Assembly: GCA_002633005.1 (NCBI GenBank)
Contig: NMRA01000676.1
Location: 1-64,000, forward strand
Source of the DNA: Phoronis australis
Taxonomy: Eukaryota; Animalia; Phoronida
Direction: 5' to 3'
Length of the DNA stretch: 64,000 nt
Shown: piece by piece, positions 1 through 13,411 of the stretch
How positions within the stretch are numbered: the first letter of the stretch is position 1
Layout: each line of letters opens with the position of its first letter
Notes under the pieces: model-generated
Database searches by the model: none
Told to the model about the DNA's origin: nothing
Seen by the model: only the letters and a program-made list of their open reading frames with translations
Position numbers and translations under genes: made by a program

Positions 1-3000
1 AATTGTATTAGTCATAATAAATGACCTTATATCGCCTACCCAGGTCTTGGTTTCATCTCTGGTAACGAGCTTGCGACGCACGAACTACCATATATCATTC
101 GGGACATATGACGATCATAAAATTAGTTTGTCCATGTTTGACATTTTAAAAATTAATTCGCCTAACCAAGAATGTAACCAATGTGAAAAACAACAAAGAA
201 GTAGTAATAATGAAACTCTTCATGTACGAATTGGTGGATTAACTCCAACTACCTATGCGAAATTTGCTGAAGGGTTTTCTGATAGATAAAAAGAGGGCAA
301 AGATCTATTGTGTGCCTTTGGAACTCAGCGGATAGCTCGATACATTGTCTGCAGTTTAAGACTTTACAAAGAAACTAAGCAACAAACCTCATTTCTCCAC
401 AGAGTAAAAACTAGAGTTTTATGGTAAAAATTTGTGATACTAATAAATGTAGTGTATGCAGCGTGAAATAGAGGCATTGGAACACTACTATTGTTTTGCT
501 ATAAAGAAAGTATACTGTGGAAAATAATTTCATAACAGGGAGACATGATATATTTATACACATATCTTGGATAGTAGACAAAATTAGAGAATGAAAAAAC
601 GGAACGACTGGCCTAAAATTGGGACTTCCGGATAAAATGTGGGACATCTGGATATATGCCAAGAGACAAGGGTGAAATGTTCGCTGCAACACACAAAAAC
701 GTCCGGGTACCGTAACACTCAAAAGCGCAATACGGCGTTTTATTGTTTTTTAGTTGGACGGGAAGTTGCGGGTGCTGCAGAAACTCATAAAATTTCCGGG
801 GTTTTTTTCTGTTTGGTCGAACACAAAAACAAGACTGTGTTGTCGTGTGGAATTTGGCCATGTGTCAAAAGGTGGGCCTTTAAAATGGTGTAGTGGGATG
901 GGGAGAAAACATTGAAAAGTAGGACACTAAAATCCCCAAGAATGAGACAGTTGGCAAGTACGCTTGCGTAACACTGGGTTGGATTCTTTTACAATGTAAA
1001 TTTTTCATTTTTTAAATTTATTTAGGTATATAGGTAAACACTATAGCTAACATTACTTCTCATTACGTTTGCGCTACAGATAAACGGGTTGCGAAATGAA
1101 TTATAGCAGACAAACACGCACTTGCCTCTATTCAAATAAAACACGAGTAGATTTTTACGCAAACATCTGAAACTATTCATTTGTAATTGCATAACACTCA
1201 CTAACCAAATGCAACTTATTTAGGTAAAATACTGTAATATCAATTGTAATGCCCAGTAATGTCTTGTTGAGAGACTCATAACATGAAGTTGATCAAGTTG
1301 TCGAATTTGGTTCTAAGACCGGAAACTGAGGACGTGAAATTACACTTGTAGTTTCGTTTACACTGTACTTAAGAAACCAATATTAAATTCCGTGATGACG
1401 TGGATTCTAAGGTTTCTTAAATTCGGAAATCCCCTCCTCTGTGAAAGACTGGACTACAAGCTTACTATACTTGTTATTATACTTGTGAAATAGTGACAGG
1501 CTGACGCTCCTCGGGCGATAATTCTCCAAAATCCACTCGGGCTCTAGATAACGGTGGTTAACGACTTCGCCATGCAATAATCTATATATATTAACAGCTG
1601 TGAATACTGGTATAACTGATGGAACCATGTCTCGTATTTCCGGATATCATAGTTTATTCATATGAAAACATGACTGACTTATGTTTCGTTACTGGATATC
1701 ATTCTGGATATTTCTTCTTCAATTTGTGTACTTTTAATCAAGAAATAAACACAAAAAATAAACAATTAACATTTTTGTGTGACGTCATCAGTGAATCGGT
1801 CTCCGTCGTGTTGCTCTACACCAACCACGAGCCGTAGTAGTCTCAAAAACTGAGTTCGACTGAGTATAAGGAAAAGTTGCATATGGGGAGGATGCAGTAA
1901 TAGCAATCGGACATACAATATTTCAGTTTTTGCGTTTCCAAAAAACCGTAAGATCGCCCAGAAAAGGCACAGCAGATTTGTGCGTCGTACATATAGGTGT
2001 GGCAGAACACGGTGGAGTAAGCGATCTGTTCAGCTAGGCAACGCTGTCGGTGCTCAGCCCATTTTGAAGAATCGCGCTCCGATCCGTCGCAGAAACGGAG
2101 ATTTGATGAAGGTTTCTCCAACTTGTAAGTGTATTTGATGGAGAAAAAATGTATTGTTAGTGTTGTACCGTTGCTTTGAACAGGTAGTTGTCAGACATAC
2201 ATTGTTTGAGCCACAGCAACAAACTATGATATAATGAATGTGATTACAGTAAGCTTACACCAGTCCATCTTGTTCAAGATTTTATGGGAATGTATATATG
2301 CTATCGCAATGCACAATAGTAGAAAATGGGACAGATACCACGACGACCGCAGCCAGTACAGAGGCTGGAGTCGGAAACTGGACCAAAATAATTGACGAAG
2401 TACAATGGTACAAAGCTATAATGATTTTGGAATATACACTAAGACAGGAACGAGTATCATGTACTTGAAAGCATCGCTATAATTAGATATGATCGTTCCC
2501 GACAATCGCACTCGGCACTCGAAGAACTGAAATCACTGTTCTCTACTGGGCTTTGACACATGGTCAGGGTAAAAACCTCGGTTACAGTTCGAGACACATA
2601 TTACTCGATATTAAAATTGTTAGAAAATTAAATCGTGATTCAATAAAAACCTTTAATTACGGTGAAATCTGGACTGTCCGCAGACTGGGTAGGCTCCGAC
2701 TCGGCTTAACTCGCCAAAGGCGCCATTGCGGGAGGCCGAGTTCAATCGTAGGGCATCACTTACGCAAAGTGTACCGATATGGGGATCCATTACGTTTCAC
2801 CTATGGTTTCAGTGTCGTTCTCGTCTCCATATCCTTACATCTGTCCTCGTCATGCTTGCTCTCTTCGTAACATACAAAATCACTACTGTCAGTTTAAAAC
2901 ATCAAAAATGGGAAAAATCCATTGTAGGGACTGTGAGACGACGATACCGAAACCGTTGGTAGCCGGATTGTGAAAGCTAACTGAATGACATTAAATAATG

Positions 3001-3890
3001 GCTTTTGGCGTTTCAGTTTCCATCATCACCCTGCTGATACGAATGCCCATCTTCCATGTTCCCCCGATTTCCCGTCAAAAATCTGCGAGCATGCCTGTGG
3101 AAATTGCTTATTACATTCCGTTTTGATAAATGAATTCGTTGGTTTCTAATTTATGTGTTTATGTACCTTCGTAAATCGACATTTAGAAGCTTATCTTGTT
3201 TCAGTGAATTTATTTGCAGCCTGAAGTTGGAAAAACTCCGATCCCCAAATAGAAAATTACACGTAGACGATTTTTGCCTATCAAAAATAACTCTCAAGGA
3301 CATTGATGAAATTCGTCCTTAAATAAATAAAATAGCTCATTAAATTGGAAAGGTTGTCTTTTCCCTTTCTCCATGATTTTAGTTTCCTGTAGTGTTGCGT
3401 AATGAATTTTGTTCTTCACAACTGAATCGTTTGCTTGCCTTTCCCGTACACAGACGGTCCACGTCATGACTTACCATCAACGTTAAAAATAAGATATAAC
3501 TTACTATGTACAGTGTAGTAGGCCAGCGCAGAATCTCAATGATCCACAGGAACTGAATTTGAACTCCAGACGTTGAAGTGTGTACATTTTGTAAATGCAC
3601 TCTGTATCATTTTCCCCAGCCACCAGAAATTGGACTACCGGCCGTGTTTCAACATGGATTATTGAAACAGCCCCAGAAGCACTATGCCATGGACCTTTTC
3701 AAAAAATCCTTCAACTAATGACTATAATATCATGAACTGTTCCGAAACTGAACCATAATAAAACGAATCTTGACCTTGGAGCCAGCGCAGGCGGATATGT
3801 ACAAGCTAAGCTGCTTGTCTCAAGTGAATCATGGCTGAGCTGACAAGCGACTAGCTTTAGTTCCTCGTATTTCGTATTTTCAAACTGTTA

Positions 3891-4322
3891 CCAGGGTTTT
3901 CCGTAGAAGTGTTACAACTTCTGATGTCAAGTGTCCAGATAGAGGGGAGTTTATTCGGAAAATTTCCTCTTAAAAGCCCACTACGAGTCAACTTTTAGTC
4001 ACAAATTCAGTTTTGTGGAGCATTTAACATTTTTAAAAACGAACAAAGTGCAGGCGAACTATGGATTTATTAACATAATTTTTAAAAACAAATTTTTAAG
4101 TAAAACATGTCAAAGTCAGGAAAGCTATGACTTTCCATTTACACGCACTCCTCTTTTCCGAATGTACGCCCGGGCGTTTATTTGGTGTTAGTAAAGCGTC
4201 TGAAATTTTTCATTTTACTAAGTGTTATGTATGTGCAAGGTGGTGTCGCAAGTGGGGGGTATAAAATCTCGTAGTCAGAGGCTAAAAATACACGCCCATG
4301 GGCTTACCTACGGAAACGGTGG
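3891..4322. mobile_element. MITE / non-autonomous DNA transposon (family A, copy 1; Tc1/mariner-like)
   Basis: Imperfect TIRs CCAGGGTTTTCCGTAG...CTACGGAAACGGTGG, preceded by TA. The interior (ttcggaaaat..cctcttaaaagcccact..gtcaacttttag.cacaaattcagttttgtggag) is clearly homologous to 58241-58639. Confidence 0.75.
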
Positions 4323-5674
4323 TCACTTGAATGTCATCAATGGCCCCCTTCAAGGGCTGGTCCCCTAAGCATAAAATGATCTATATTTTCAAAAAATCCG
4401 GAAATGCACAGCAATTGATGTTATCTGTCAGGTCATCAATTTTTCTCAAGTGATTTTCAATGTCGAGAAAAAAATAGAGAGACAGTTGTCTCCGTTATCC
4501 CTAGCCTTGGTACAAAGCTGTATACTAAATATACAGCTTTGCGCCGATGCGGGTAAAAAATTGACCATATAAAATATTACACAAATTAAGTGTCATTAAT
4601 AACTACACAATAAAAATAAAATTATTTTTTGTTTTGGAAAAATTGGTGTTCTACCGTTATTCTGCTTCTTAACTTGAGCGATCTTCTGCATCGGCTTTCG
4701 GCGCCATGAAATATTCCGTCGATTCTTCAATCAACTGTTGTTCTTTCACGAGGTTGCGTACATGTCACAACAAATTATTGGAGCTTGTTTCGTTTCATTT
4801 TATTATAGCTTTTAGAATTTTGATACCAGCAAATCGAATTTCAGAAGAAAGTTTGCTGCTGCCAAACTATCATTATCTCCGGAGAGATGTCGCAAAAACT
4901 TAGGAAATGGCGCGTGCACGGGTCACGAGCGTATTGTTTTCGAAACGACGACATAACTTTTTTTGTTAGAAAAGGCGGAGAATAACGCAAGAAAATGACG
5001 TTTATTAGATTGTTTTTCACTTAAACGGCTGTAATGGAAAAGGCGAGTGTCGATTGATTCCCAGATTTTGCATGCACCCTGTCCGGTCTTTAGCTTTACA
5101 TGATGATACAAGTTTCAGGGCGAGGTGTTGAGCTGAACTACCCTCGCCATGTGCAATTTCGGGGTGTATGGAAGATTAACACACAGTGGTGCCTAGCTGT
5201 ATTTTGACGATAGTCTTCATACAGCTAGCTGGGTGGCTACTTTATCCCTTGCCAGAGAGGGGTTCTGTAAACATATAGTTTTGCATCCGCAGAATTGTCC
5301 GATTGAATTTAAAAATCCAATGTACACGAAAGCTTCGCTACACAAATTTTCTTGATTTTTCGAAATAAATGATTGTATGAATGATGAAGTGTGCGTTTAG
5401 ACGACCTGTGCTGCAAAAACGGAGACCCTAACAACAATGGCCTGGCCAGGGCCCTGAAAGGGTAAAAACCATGCACTGATACTGAGTTGTTCCAATAGCG
5501 CATTTGCGTCAATATCTTATAACCTGTCTTTTAAAATACTATAAACCACGTGATTGTTCTAATTTAAAAGTAGGCCATGCTACGAGAGCAAATTTAGCAG
5601 AGTTATTGAGCTTAAACAGTAAAAAAATTATAAAATATTTTATTATGTACATATAACTGAGTAAATACTGCAGG

Positions 5675-7063
5675 CTAGTCGTACACTATTTGCCATTGTG
5701 ACTTGTGAATACAGTCTAACTCATGCTCAGGGCACAGTTGAAGATACGTTGTCGACGTTAAAAATCCCATTATTTCGCGTTCTTCTTGAATTCTGTAACT
5801 GAACGTTGAGCGAAAGGAGCCCATGAAGACGCGCGCGTGAGCGCAGATCCACTGATCGATAATGGCAATACCGCCATCCATGACCTCCTGAAGAAGGGTT
5901 TCGTTGTATTCGAAACGTAAAACTTTCAGGTGTTTAAGATATTTCTTGAACAATTTGTATTGTTCGTCTTTTGCGTCAGTAGCAACAAACAACGTCTTCA
6001 ATTTATAAAGCTTCATCACCCTTTCAATTTGCTGAGCTGAACTTTTCAAACTTGGAATAACGTCTTTATATTCAATTTCGTAATCTCCTCTACGTAAATG
6101 CAACGCTGCATATGGGCCACCACGCGCCTCGCCGTGGTCGCGTCTCACGTTTTTCCAACTCTGTTCCCAAACCGTCCCGTCATTGACGTCCGTGGAGTCG
6201 AGATATTTGGCACGAAACTCGTTGCCTATGCCACGCAGGCGCTTAGCATAGCGCAGACTGCGCCTCGACGACCACCACTGCGGCGTCCACTCTCCGTAGA
6301 CGCCATGCAAGAGTTGCTCTGCGTGGAAGAAAGCCACAGATCTACCTTTGGTTCGTTTGATAAGGAAGTGGCGCATGTTGGCTGCCTCGGATTGAACGGA
6401 CAAGCAGTTGAAGTTTCTGGCCGCTGTTTTTGTGAAACCCCAGAACCAGAACTTCCACAGTCCTTCCTCGTTCTTTCGAAATCCAGTGTTTTGATGACAC
6501 TTTTCTACGTCCATTTTAACTTCGTAGTTTGGGTTTTTCCAGAAATCCCAACCCCCAACGTAATCCTGAAGGTAATATACCTGGTCGATGATCTGTCCCC
6601 CAGTTTGTTCAATAAACTCGGCGTGTTCGATAGCAGGAATATACTCGCGAATACCGTCAATGTCAAAAAACTTGGCCCACGGAATGCTTCGTTGAGCAAT
6701 ATGTCTATTCATCCAATGGCGCATTTCGGACCATGGAGGCAAAACTAATGTCCAGTTTTGTCCGGGCTCAAGGTTGAGCACGCGTAAAAGGTTCGCCATG
6801 CGCATGTAGGCATTCACCCGCAGATTGAATCCTTCGTAAAACGTGGTGTCGTACAGTAAATAACGCATGCCACGTTCGCAAGCAACGTCGCCACCGACTG
6901 CACACGATTCCAAATCATACCTAGTAGTTGAAACTTTGGAAATCGTGTCGCCAACCCCAGCTGAAGGCATCGCGGCGACAAAAATTGCGAGAAAGAAAGT
7001 TACATGAAACCATAGTCTAAGCTGAAACAACAGTAAAGTTTCCATCGTGTAAGCAATGACCAT
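5675..7063 (-). CDS. POFUT2: GDP-fucose protein O-fucosyltransferase 2-like (GT68), single coding exon, ~462 aa
   Basis: Uninterrupted ORF (the track start at 7084 is TTG; first in-frame ATG is 7063) with an N-terminal hydrophobic signal/anchor. POFUT2 motifs: RYLLYD..xEGFNLR, LVLPPW, W..FFD, SRRSLRYA, GGPY...HLRRGD, VATDA, DGGIAIIDQWICAHARVF.G...STFS.RI.EEREI.G. AATAAA ~30 nt after the stop (minus strand, 5639-5644). Probable 5'UTR intron 7162-7645 (cag|gtataa...ttaacag|g). May be a paralog rather than the ortholog. Confidence 0.9.
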   Translation of the reverse strand: MVIAYTMETLLLFQLRLWFHVTFFLAIFVAAMPSAGVGDTISKVSTTRYDLESCAVGGDVACERGMRYLLYDTTFYEGFNLRVNAYMRMANLLRVLNLEPGQNWTLVLPPWSEMRHWMNRHIAQRSIPWAKFFDIDGIREYIPAIEHAEFIEQTGGQIIDQVYYLQDYVGGWDFWKNPNYEVKMDVEKCHQNTGFRKNEEGLWKFWFWGFTKTAARNFNCLSVQSEAANMRHFLIKRTKGRSVAFFHAEQLLHGVYGEWTPQWWSSRRSLRYAKRLRGIGNEFRAKYLDSTDVNDGTVWEQSWKNVRRDHGEARGGPYAALHLRRGDYEIEYKDVIPSLKSSAQQIERVMKLYKLKTLFVATDAKDEQYKLFKKYLKHLKVLRFEYNETLLQEVMDGGIAIIDQWICAHARVFMGSFRSTFSYRIQEEREIMGFLTSTTYLQLCPEHELDCIHKSQWQIVYD

Positions 7064-7792
7064 TTGCACGCATGACGCCTCCAAGCACGCGAATGAGGAC
7101 GCCCGCGTGGTGGACTACTACTATGGAGGGCGCTGTCATGCATGCACAGGTGAATTTGCACCTGTTAAATATTCATCTAGTACACCGCTGTACCCACCCG
7201 GTGGCAAAATCTAAGATAAAAATACTTCCAGCCGGTAGCATTCAGTCTGTGACGATTAGCGCCGTTGGACCGGTAACAGTCAGTCTGTGACGACTCGCAC
7301 CCGGCGTTGTGAACTTCGGATCCACTGAGTTTCTGGACCGGCGATGAATAAATGAAGTCGATGTCGACTGAAGGCAGGGGCAGCAGTTGGATTCACAATC
7401 TGGGCGTGTTGTCACGAATTCATATTCCAGTAAGCAACAGCAACAGTGGTGATCACGTCGCGGCTCTTCGCTGTCACTGTCAGTTACCACTGAGGCACTG
7501 AGTTATTAGGTCCTTCACACTAAAGGCAACATATACGCCGCGAGGTTGGGCTTGGTCTTCCTCGATCCTTCTGTTTTAACAATAATCGTCACTACCTCGT
7601 GTGTTTCGTAATTAATTGTCGCTAAGCTCCATTTTCTTGTTATACCTGTTTGCGACAGCCGCTAGTTGAAAAATTCAATTCCTAAATCCGTTCCGCAACT
7701 GCAACGACCTCATGAATGGCACTCAATGACTAACAGATTTGACCTATTTAATCGCAGCTATAACGGACGCCAATAGGTAGCGCTTGCTGACT

Positions 7793-7875
7793 CCCCCTCG
7801 GCAATAGCTGGTTCTCTGCGTGTTCGCTAGGGGGACGAAGACACGCAGGGACGGAACCAGCGAGAAGTGAGGTTG
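7793..7875. repeat. Short hairpin-forming element (MITE-like)
   Basis: Nested inverted arms gctggttc/gaaccagc (7807-7814/7854-7861) and ctgcgtgt/acacgcag (7816-7823/7841-7848), ending in GAGGTTG. Confidence 0.45.
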
Positions 7876-9407
7876 GCGAGATGCAGCGGAGTTGCAACCG
7901 AATCGATTTAACGATTGCGCATGTCCGGAAATTAGGGTGCGCAAAGGCTACTGGGATNGTGACTGAGGAGTTGGCGAGCGTCGGACATTACGGCGTTTTC
8001 CCGTTGTTCGATTTCATAGAAGATCACCCCTGTAGCTAATATCTTACACAACTGATTAACTCCATGGACTGTAGCACACCCTTGAAAAAGAGTGCATCAG
8101 TCGCTCGGGGATAATTTAATATATTTTAGAATCAACGCTCGTCAGTTTTACTAGTTTTACTGACTATTTTTTATTTGATTCCATTCTGGCATTTAGGATT
8201 GGAGGGCCTGCTCTCTTTGTTCGGCTCTAATCAGATCGTATCTCAAGCCTGTAGTGACTGCATGGGCTGTTCTGCTAAAAATGAAAGTTAGGGTTTCTGA
8301 ATTCCTTGTCAATTGTGCTGATCGGGTGTGTAGTTTTCATTGAATCACCAAAATCGCCCAACTACAACAGAAGTTAAGACAATCCATTCTGCCAGGTTTC
8401 AGGCAACCCCGGCTTTCGAAGCCTGGGAGATAATTGGCCTGCTTGTTGTCATACGGGACAAAAGAATGTGCTGGGCAGTTAACAAAGGCGGGACTGAGCC
8501 AGGCGGATGTTATCGCACGTTCAGAACCCTTCACGTCTGGAAAAGTTGCTAATTTCGAACGACAGAACGTCGTCATGAGAACGATCGCCAATAAAACCAA
8601 AGCATAGGTGTGCCCGCTTGTTGAACGAAGCTGTCCCAAATAGGTACTCTCAGTCCCACGGCAAAATTTTCTGCGCATTTGTGCCCTCACAATTCATGTT
8701 TTTTTTGTAAAACTCACGTTTAGGAGCTCCTCAAAAATTTGCAAAAAATTCAGTGAACCCGGCCTTATTTCAAAGTAAATAGATACCTAGCTTGAAATTG
8801 TGAACGCTGCTTGAAACAGTCCCTGTTTATTTCCAATAATTTTGAGAATTCAACGTACAACTTGAAGTTTGTTCTCTGCACGTATATAGTAGTCAAAGCT
8901 GTGGACTAATTAGAAATGAAGACAACTTTTAGTGAATGATCAGTACTGAGCATATCTCTTTAATTAACTTTTGCACAAACCCACTCACGGTGAAAACTTA
9001 AGGACAATAGTTTTATGTTAAAAATCCCTTTTTGGGTTTGTTTCATGCTACCAGGCACAGGCCTCTTAAGTGATAATGACCCACCTCGGTTTCAGCAGAA
9101 AAACTAACCGTTATGACAGAATTGGTCTCAAACTTTTTGCTTATAAGGAGGTCATTTCTGGACTGCAAAAGAATTGCAATTTGTTATTACTGAGACCATG
9201 CTAATTAAGTTGTTTGTCACGGCGTGTCATTTTATGCGCTAGCATGGTCTCCAACGACCTGTCTGTTCTTTGCAAACTAGAACCCAGTAACTTCTCGTCG
9301 CAGGAAGGAAACGGTTGGGAACAATTATGTAGCGGTAAGTGTATTTTTGGAGAATGAATTTTTGTGTAGACACGATTGCTTTTGTTACTCCGACATAATC
9401 GCACAAT

Positions 9408-10151
9408 TTATGTTTCCTTACACTTTACTTGGTATCTTCTTATCGGTGGCAAAATGAAAAATTTTTGACCTTCACTGAAAAGTTTAGGAATACTTTTAAC
9501 GGACGCCAACGGCGTGGAATATGGTTTAGTGTGTCTGTCACCGGACATCGTGACGGTGGGTAAGAGAACAGAAACCTCCGAACTTTCAGATGATTGAGTG
9601 TTTCCCATTTTGCTGGTTCTATTTTCCTTTAAGACGCGCTCTATTGCGGATTCAATGTTACATGGGTAATTCGCTTTTTCTTCGCCGCTCACTTGCGGAA
9701 ACTTTTGAAGGTTCTCTCGAATTCTTTCCTGTGTCAAACGGCGGCATTTCTCAATAAAACCGTGAGCCCGATTTTTGCGTTTTTCCACGGGCTCCATTTT
9801 TACTAGAGCTTGGTTGATATGCGGTCTCAGTGCGCCATAACTGTAGTTAACATCCAGCGCCGATGATTTATCGAGTGCATTAGAAAAGCTTCGTTTCGTC
9901 ACTGCGTGTTGGTAAGCTCGGTGGAATTTCAACGATCCTCTTAAGTTTCTTTTCACAGCCTCTAGCCTGCTTTGTTTGTGTTTGCTATCCCTCCATAAAC
10001 TTTTGATAAAGATTTCGCTAGTGAAGTTTTCTCGCCTGTTCAAAACCTCCTGTCGGTGAGAAATCTGCTCTGAAATTTTTATCACTGACATGTAGCGAGA
10101 TCCTTTACCACACAGGTTTACGTCGCAACTGTCAAAATGTTGTCTTGGCAT
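9408..10151 (-). CDS. Uncharacterised basic protein, 247 aa, single coding exon
   Basis: 744-nt ATG-initiated ORF in AT-rich DNA. An acceptor just upstream (ctctttttcag|g, exon start 10239) and a donor (|gtaag, exon end 10656) suggest a 5'UTR intron 10240-10655. No recognisable domain; K/R/S-rich with a C-terminal LPPI motif. Confidence 0.65.
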   Translation of the reverse strand: MPRQHFDSCDVNLCGKGSRYMSVIKISEQISHRQEVLNRRENFTSEIFIKSLWRDSKHKQSRLEAVKRNLRGSLKFHRAYQHAVTKRSFSNALDKSSALDVNYSYGALRPHINQALVKMEPVEKRKNRAHGFIEKCRRLTQERIRENLQKFPQVSGEEKANYPCNIESAIERVLKENRTSKMGNTQSSESSEVSVLLPTVTMSGDRHTKPYSTPLASVKSIPKLFSEGQKFFILPPIRRYQVKCKET

Positions 10152-10787
10152 ACTTTAATGTTATTTCCACTTACATTGTCATGATTTTGTTCGAGCATCG
10201 ATTTGCCTTTCTCACAATATATCGGAATGTTTTACACACCTGAAAAAGAGAACTTAATTCTGTTACGTGAATTATATTTTTCTGGTAGAAATTCTGAAAA
10301 CATTGTCGTGTTTAGAACTGGTTTAAAAATGTGAATAAGCGAACACTTTTTGGGATTTGAACTTCATTTACAAGCCAAATAATTCAAGAAGAAATCATTT
10401 TTGTATTCTGCGCATTTCAACAATAGAATATGGGTTCAAACGCGCAGGCGCTTTGAATATGTGAAACTCGTAGATTTCGTGTGCAAAATCTGCCTGATAA
10501 TATAGTATAACTATTCATTCACATCTACATGTTTAAGGTCTCGTTAATCAAGCGAGTTTTCCAGATTAATTCGAAAAATGTGCTGTTGGTAATTTTTGCT
10601 CATATGTTTACGTCATGTTTTTATCGCTGCAAAGAAATCAAATGTATGAACTTACTTCCGGATATCCAAAGTGTAGTCGCTCCAGCAAAATTTCACCTCA
10701 GTCGAAATACTGCGTAATTTGATTAAGCATTTATATCACTGACCGTTTTTCCGAAATACAGACAGATCTGCGGAAAACACTCGGGTA

Positions 10788-10795
10788 TGACGTCA
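10788..10795. promoter_or_regulatory. Palindromic CRE site (TGACGTCA) near the putative 5' end of the orphan gene
   Basis: Exact TGACGTCA ~130 nt upstream of the putative 5'UTR donor. Function is inferred only. Confidence 0.3.
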
Positions 10796-12121
10796 GTTGA
10801 AGGCTTCGAATAACCAAAGCGGGATAACTGCCTTAGTGTACCTCTACTGGATTCGCTATCGAGATTTTTAATAACATGAGAGATAATTAAGATAAACGTG
10901 TCATTTTACAACAGCGGTTAATTCGTAAAATATACTCTGGGCGTTGCATTATAGATAACCGAAGAACCTAGCGGAAACCGAATCCCGGTGCCAAGTTTCG
11001 AGTTTCAACTTTATACCGTGGTTACCGTATTGCTTGTTCATATACTCAATTTTCAATTGTTTCACCGTTTGTACCGTCAATGGCTCGCCAGTCCCGGTGG
11101 AAGAAATGTGTGAAAAATGTGCTGTTTATTCATATTATACTCTTGTATTATCAATGGCGTAATATGTGTTCCAAAAAGTGCGCTGCCTGGGTAGAACGTC
11201 TGGGAGAGCGGATGGCTTGACTGTACCACTGAGTTTGTATTAGCTTATTTACTATTACCTTTTTACCCCATGCTGGGCCACGGCAGCTTGACATTGAGTG
11301 AGCTTCTGACGCGTCCTAGATACTATTTACTATTACAAACCGTTCCCGAGGTTTAGGGTTAAATTTCACGAACTACCCGTGAAAAGATAATGAAACAATC
11401 TCAGATAAAACAATTAATCAGAACTATAATGTATACAAAAGAACTTTAAAATTATATATCAAGCTCAACTCCTCTAAGCAGATTGGATTACATTAGATTA
11501 CCGGATTAACTATTGATCGGACGTGCAGCTTTAGTTGCAACATTGCTTCTGTAAGCTCAATGCCTGGAACTATTTTAAATTTGTTGCAAAATAAATTAAA
11601 TTTGAATAAACTACTAATAAAATTTTCAATGAAAAATTAATTTGTTACATTGAAATTACAGATTTATAATCTATATTCGTTCATAAGATACGACAAGTTA
11701 ATATGGTATTAGCCAGTAGATGTACTGGAGGACTCTACCGTAATTATCTACTAAACGGCACTCCTGAATAAAAAACGTAGGAGCAATAGCGTTTTCTGGG
11801 AAAGGAACGTTGCCTCTTACTGTCTTGACTTGGTAACAGAAACGGAATCTTGTCATGCTAAGGAATATTGTGAAACCGGATTTATGAGAGTAAAATTCCA
11901 ATTCGATTTCAGTTTCCAAGTCACCGCTAAACAGAGTAAATATCTATAATGAACGTTTGCCTGCCATCTAGCGTTTTCAGTTGCAACCGATTGGAGGAAA
12001 GGGGGGGGGGGTAACATGCTTGTTGCAATATGATGAATAATTATTTCCGAAAAAGAAGCCATGGGTGTTTCCCCCGAAGTACCGTAGGAGAAAAGTGTTA
12101 GAGGGTGCACAAGGCGCTTTA

Positions 12122-12267
12122 CAGTGCTGTAGTGGGGCGTAGGCGCAGCCAACCACCTTTTGGCATTTCAACGTAGCGCCTACGCACCGTAGGTTACGTT
12201 CAGTGCTCAAGGTGATACGGTGGGCTTTGAGCGCCTACTTACCACTAATTTTACCACTACAGCACTG
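12122..12267. mobile_element. hAT-superfamily MITE (146 bp)
   Basis: Perfect 14-bp TIRs CAGTGCTGTAGTGG / CCACTACAGCACTG and a perfect 8-bp TSD GCGCTTTA (12114-12121, 12268-12275). Confidence 0.9.
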
Positions 12268-13411
12268 GCGCTTTATCGAAATTAGACGGTATGGTGACAA
12301 GAATTTGTCAAGCAACCAGCACCTTTCCATAGTATTCATGATGATACGGTATAATCAATATACAAGTCCTATCGAAGGTCACGTCACTCATATGCACTTT
12401 ACACTGGAGTGTAATTGAGGCTGTGTTATATGCGTGTACGATGACCAACTATGAGAAGATCCACCGCCAGTGTTTGTCACAACTTTGTCGAAGGATTGGA
12501 TGAAAACCGCAAAGTTCAAACTAAATGAAGTAATAATTAGCTGTTGGGAAGCTTTCCGTTGGTTGAAGTAATTCATCAAGTCCGTTCTTTCTATAATTTT
12601 GTCAACCGTAATTAGCAGCACCAACAACAAATAAAATTATTACGCCCCAAAGTGTGTATCGAAACAAGGTTTCAATGGTGGTACTTAATCAATTTGTATT
12701 TTGTCAAATGTCCCGTATGTCTGTGAAACGTTGTTCATGGTGAGTTTATTTCTAGTCGGAGCCGGACTCTCACAGAGTGGGATAGCTACTTTAGTTTTTA
12801 TAATATGTTACCATTATTGATCTAAATATTAAATTAAATTCAAAAATTGAATAAGATCATAGATGGAGTCATGTCGTGTTTGCACGGCTCATTTTGCTTG
12901 TAGCATCGTTCCGGCCTCCAGTGTACTCCTAACAGTCGCGCGAACTGTCCTGATAGGTGTCGCTACTTTGACATTAAAAATGCTCAGTGGAACACATAAG
13001 CAACATTTGTTTGTTACTTTGTTATTATCCTGCACACTATGATGAATTAACGTATGCATCCTGTAAGCAGTTATTGTAACCAAAATATTGTTCGTAAACC
13101 AGTAATGGCTGTTTACGTCCTGAATGACTGCGAACGTTGCTGACCGATTGATTATCGATTTGGTAACAATTATGTTGCAACACATAGGCCTATGAATCGT
13201 CGAGTCATTTTGTGTTGTAAACCACTATTATTGAGGAAATCATTTGTTACCTTAAGACTGTGTGTGTTTGCTTAAGAAAAGTCGTTTCCAACTGAGAGCA
13301 CCACTGCATTCGAATATTGATAATTCGCCATCGATTAGGTAAGTTGTATCAGGAAGAGATCTCTTCCAGGTTGCATCTATATATAACCTATTGGTTGCGG
13401 ACTGCCCGAAG

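Noticed and set aside
535-3100. CpG-rich patches and a hAT-like end (gttggcaagtacg at ~950)
   Set aside because: Probably old TE fragments, but I could not define paired TIRs or TSDs.
3620-3762. Possible terminal exon of an upstream plus-strand gene (ttttccccag acceptor, AATAAA at 3757)
   Set aside because: Short, no recognisable peptide, and no linked upstream exons could be established.
6098-6748. 216-aa plus-strand ORF
   Set aside because: Antisense shadow of the POFUT2-like CDS with no independent motif.
13339-13369. GTAAGT...TTCCAG mini-intron upstream of the PAN gene
   Set aside because: Only 31 nt, below normal spliceable size; unsupported without transcripts.
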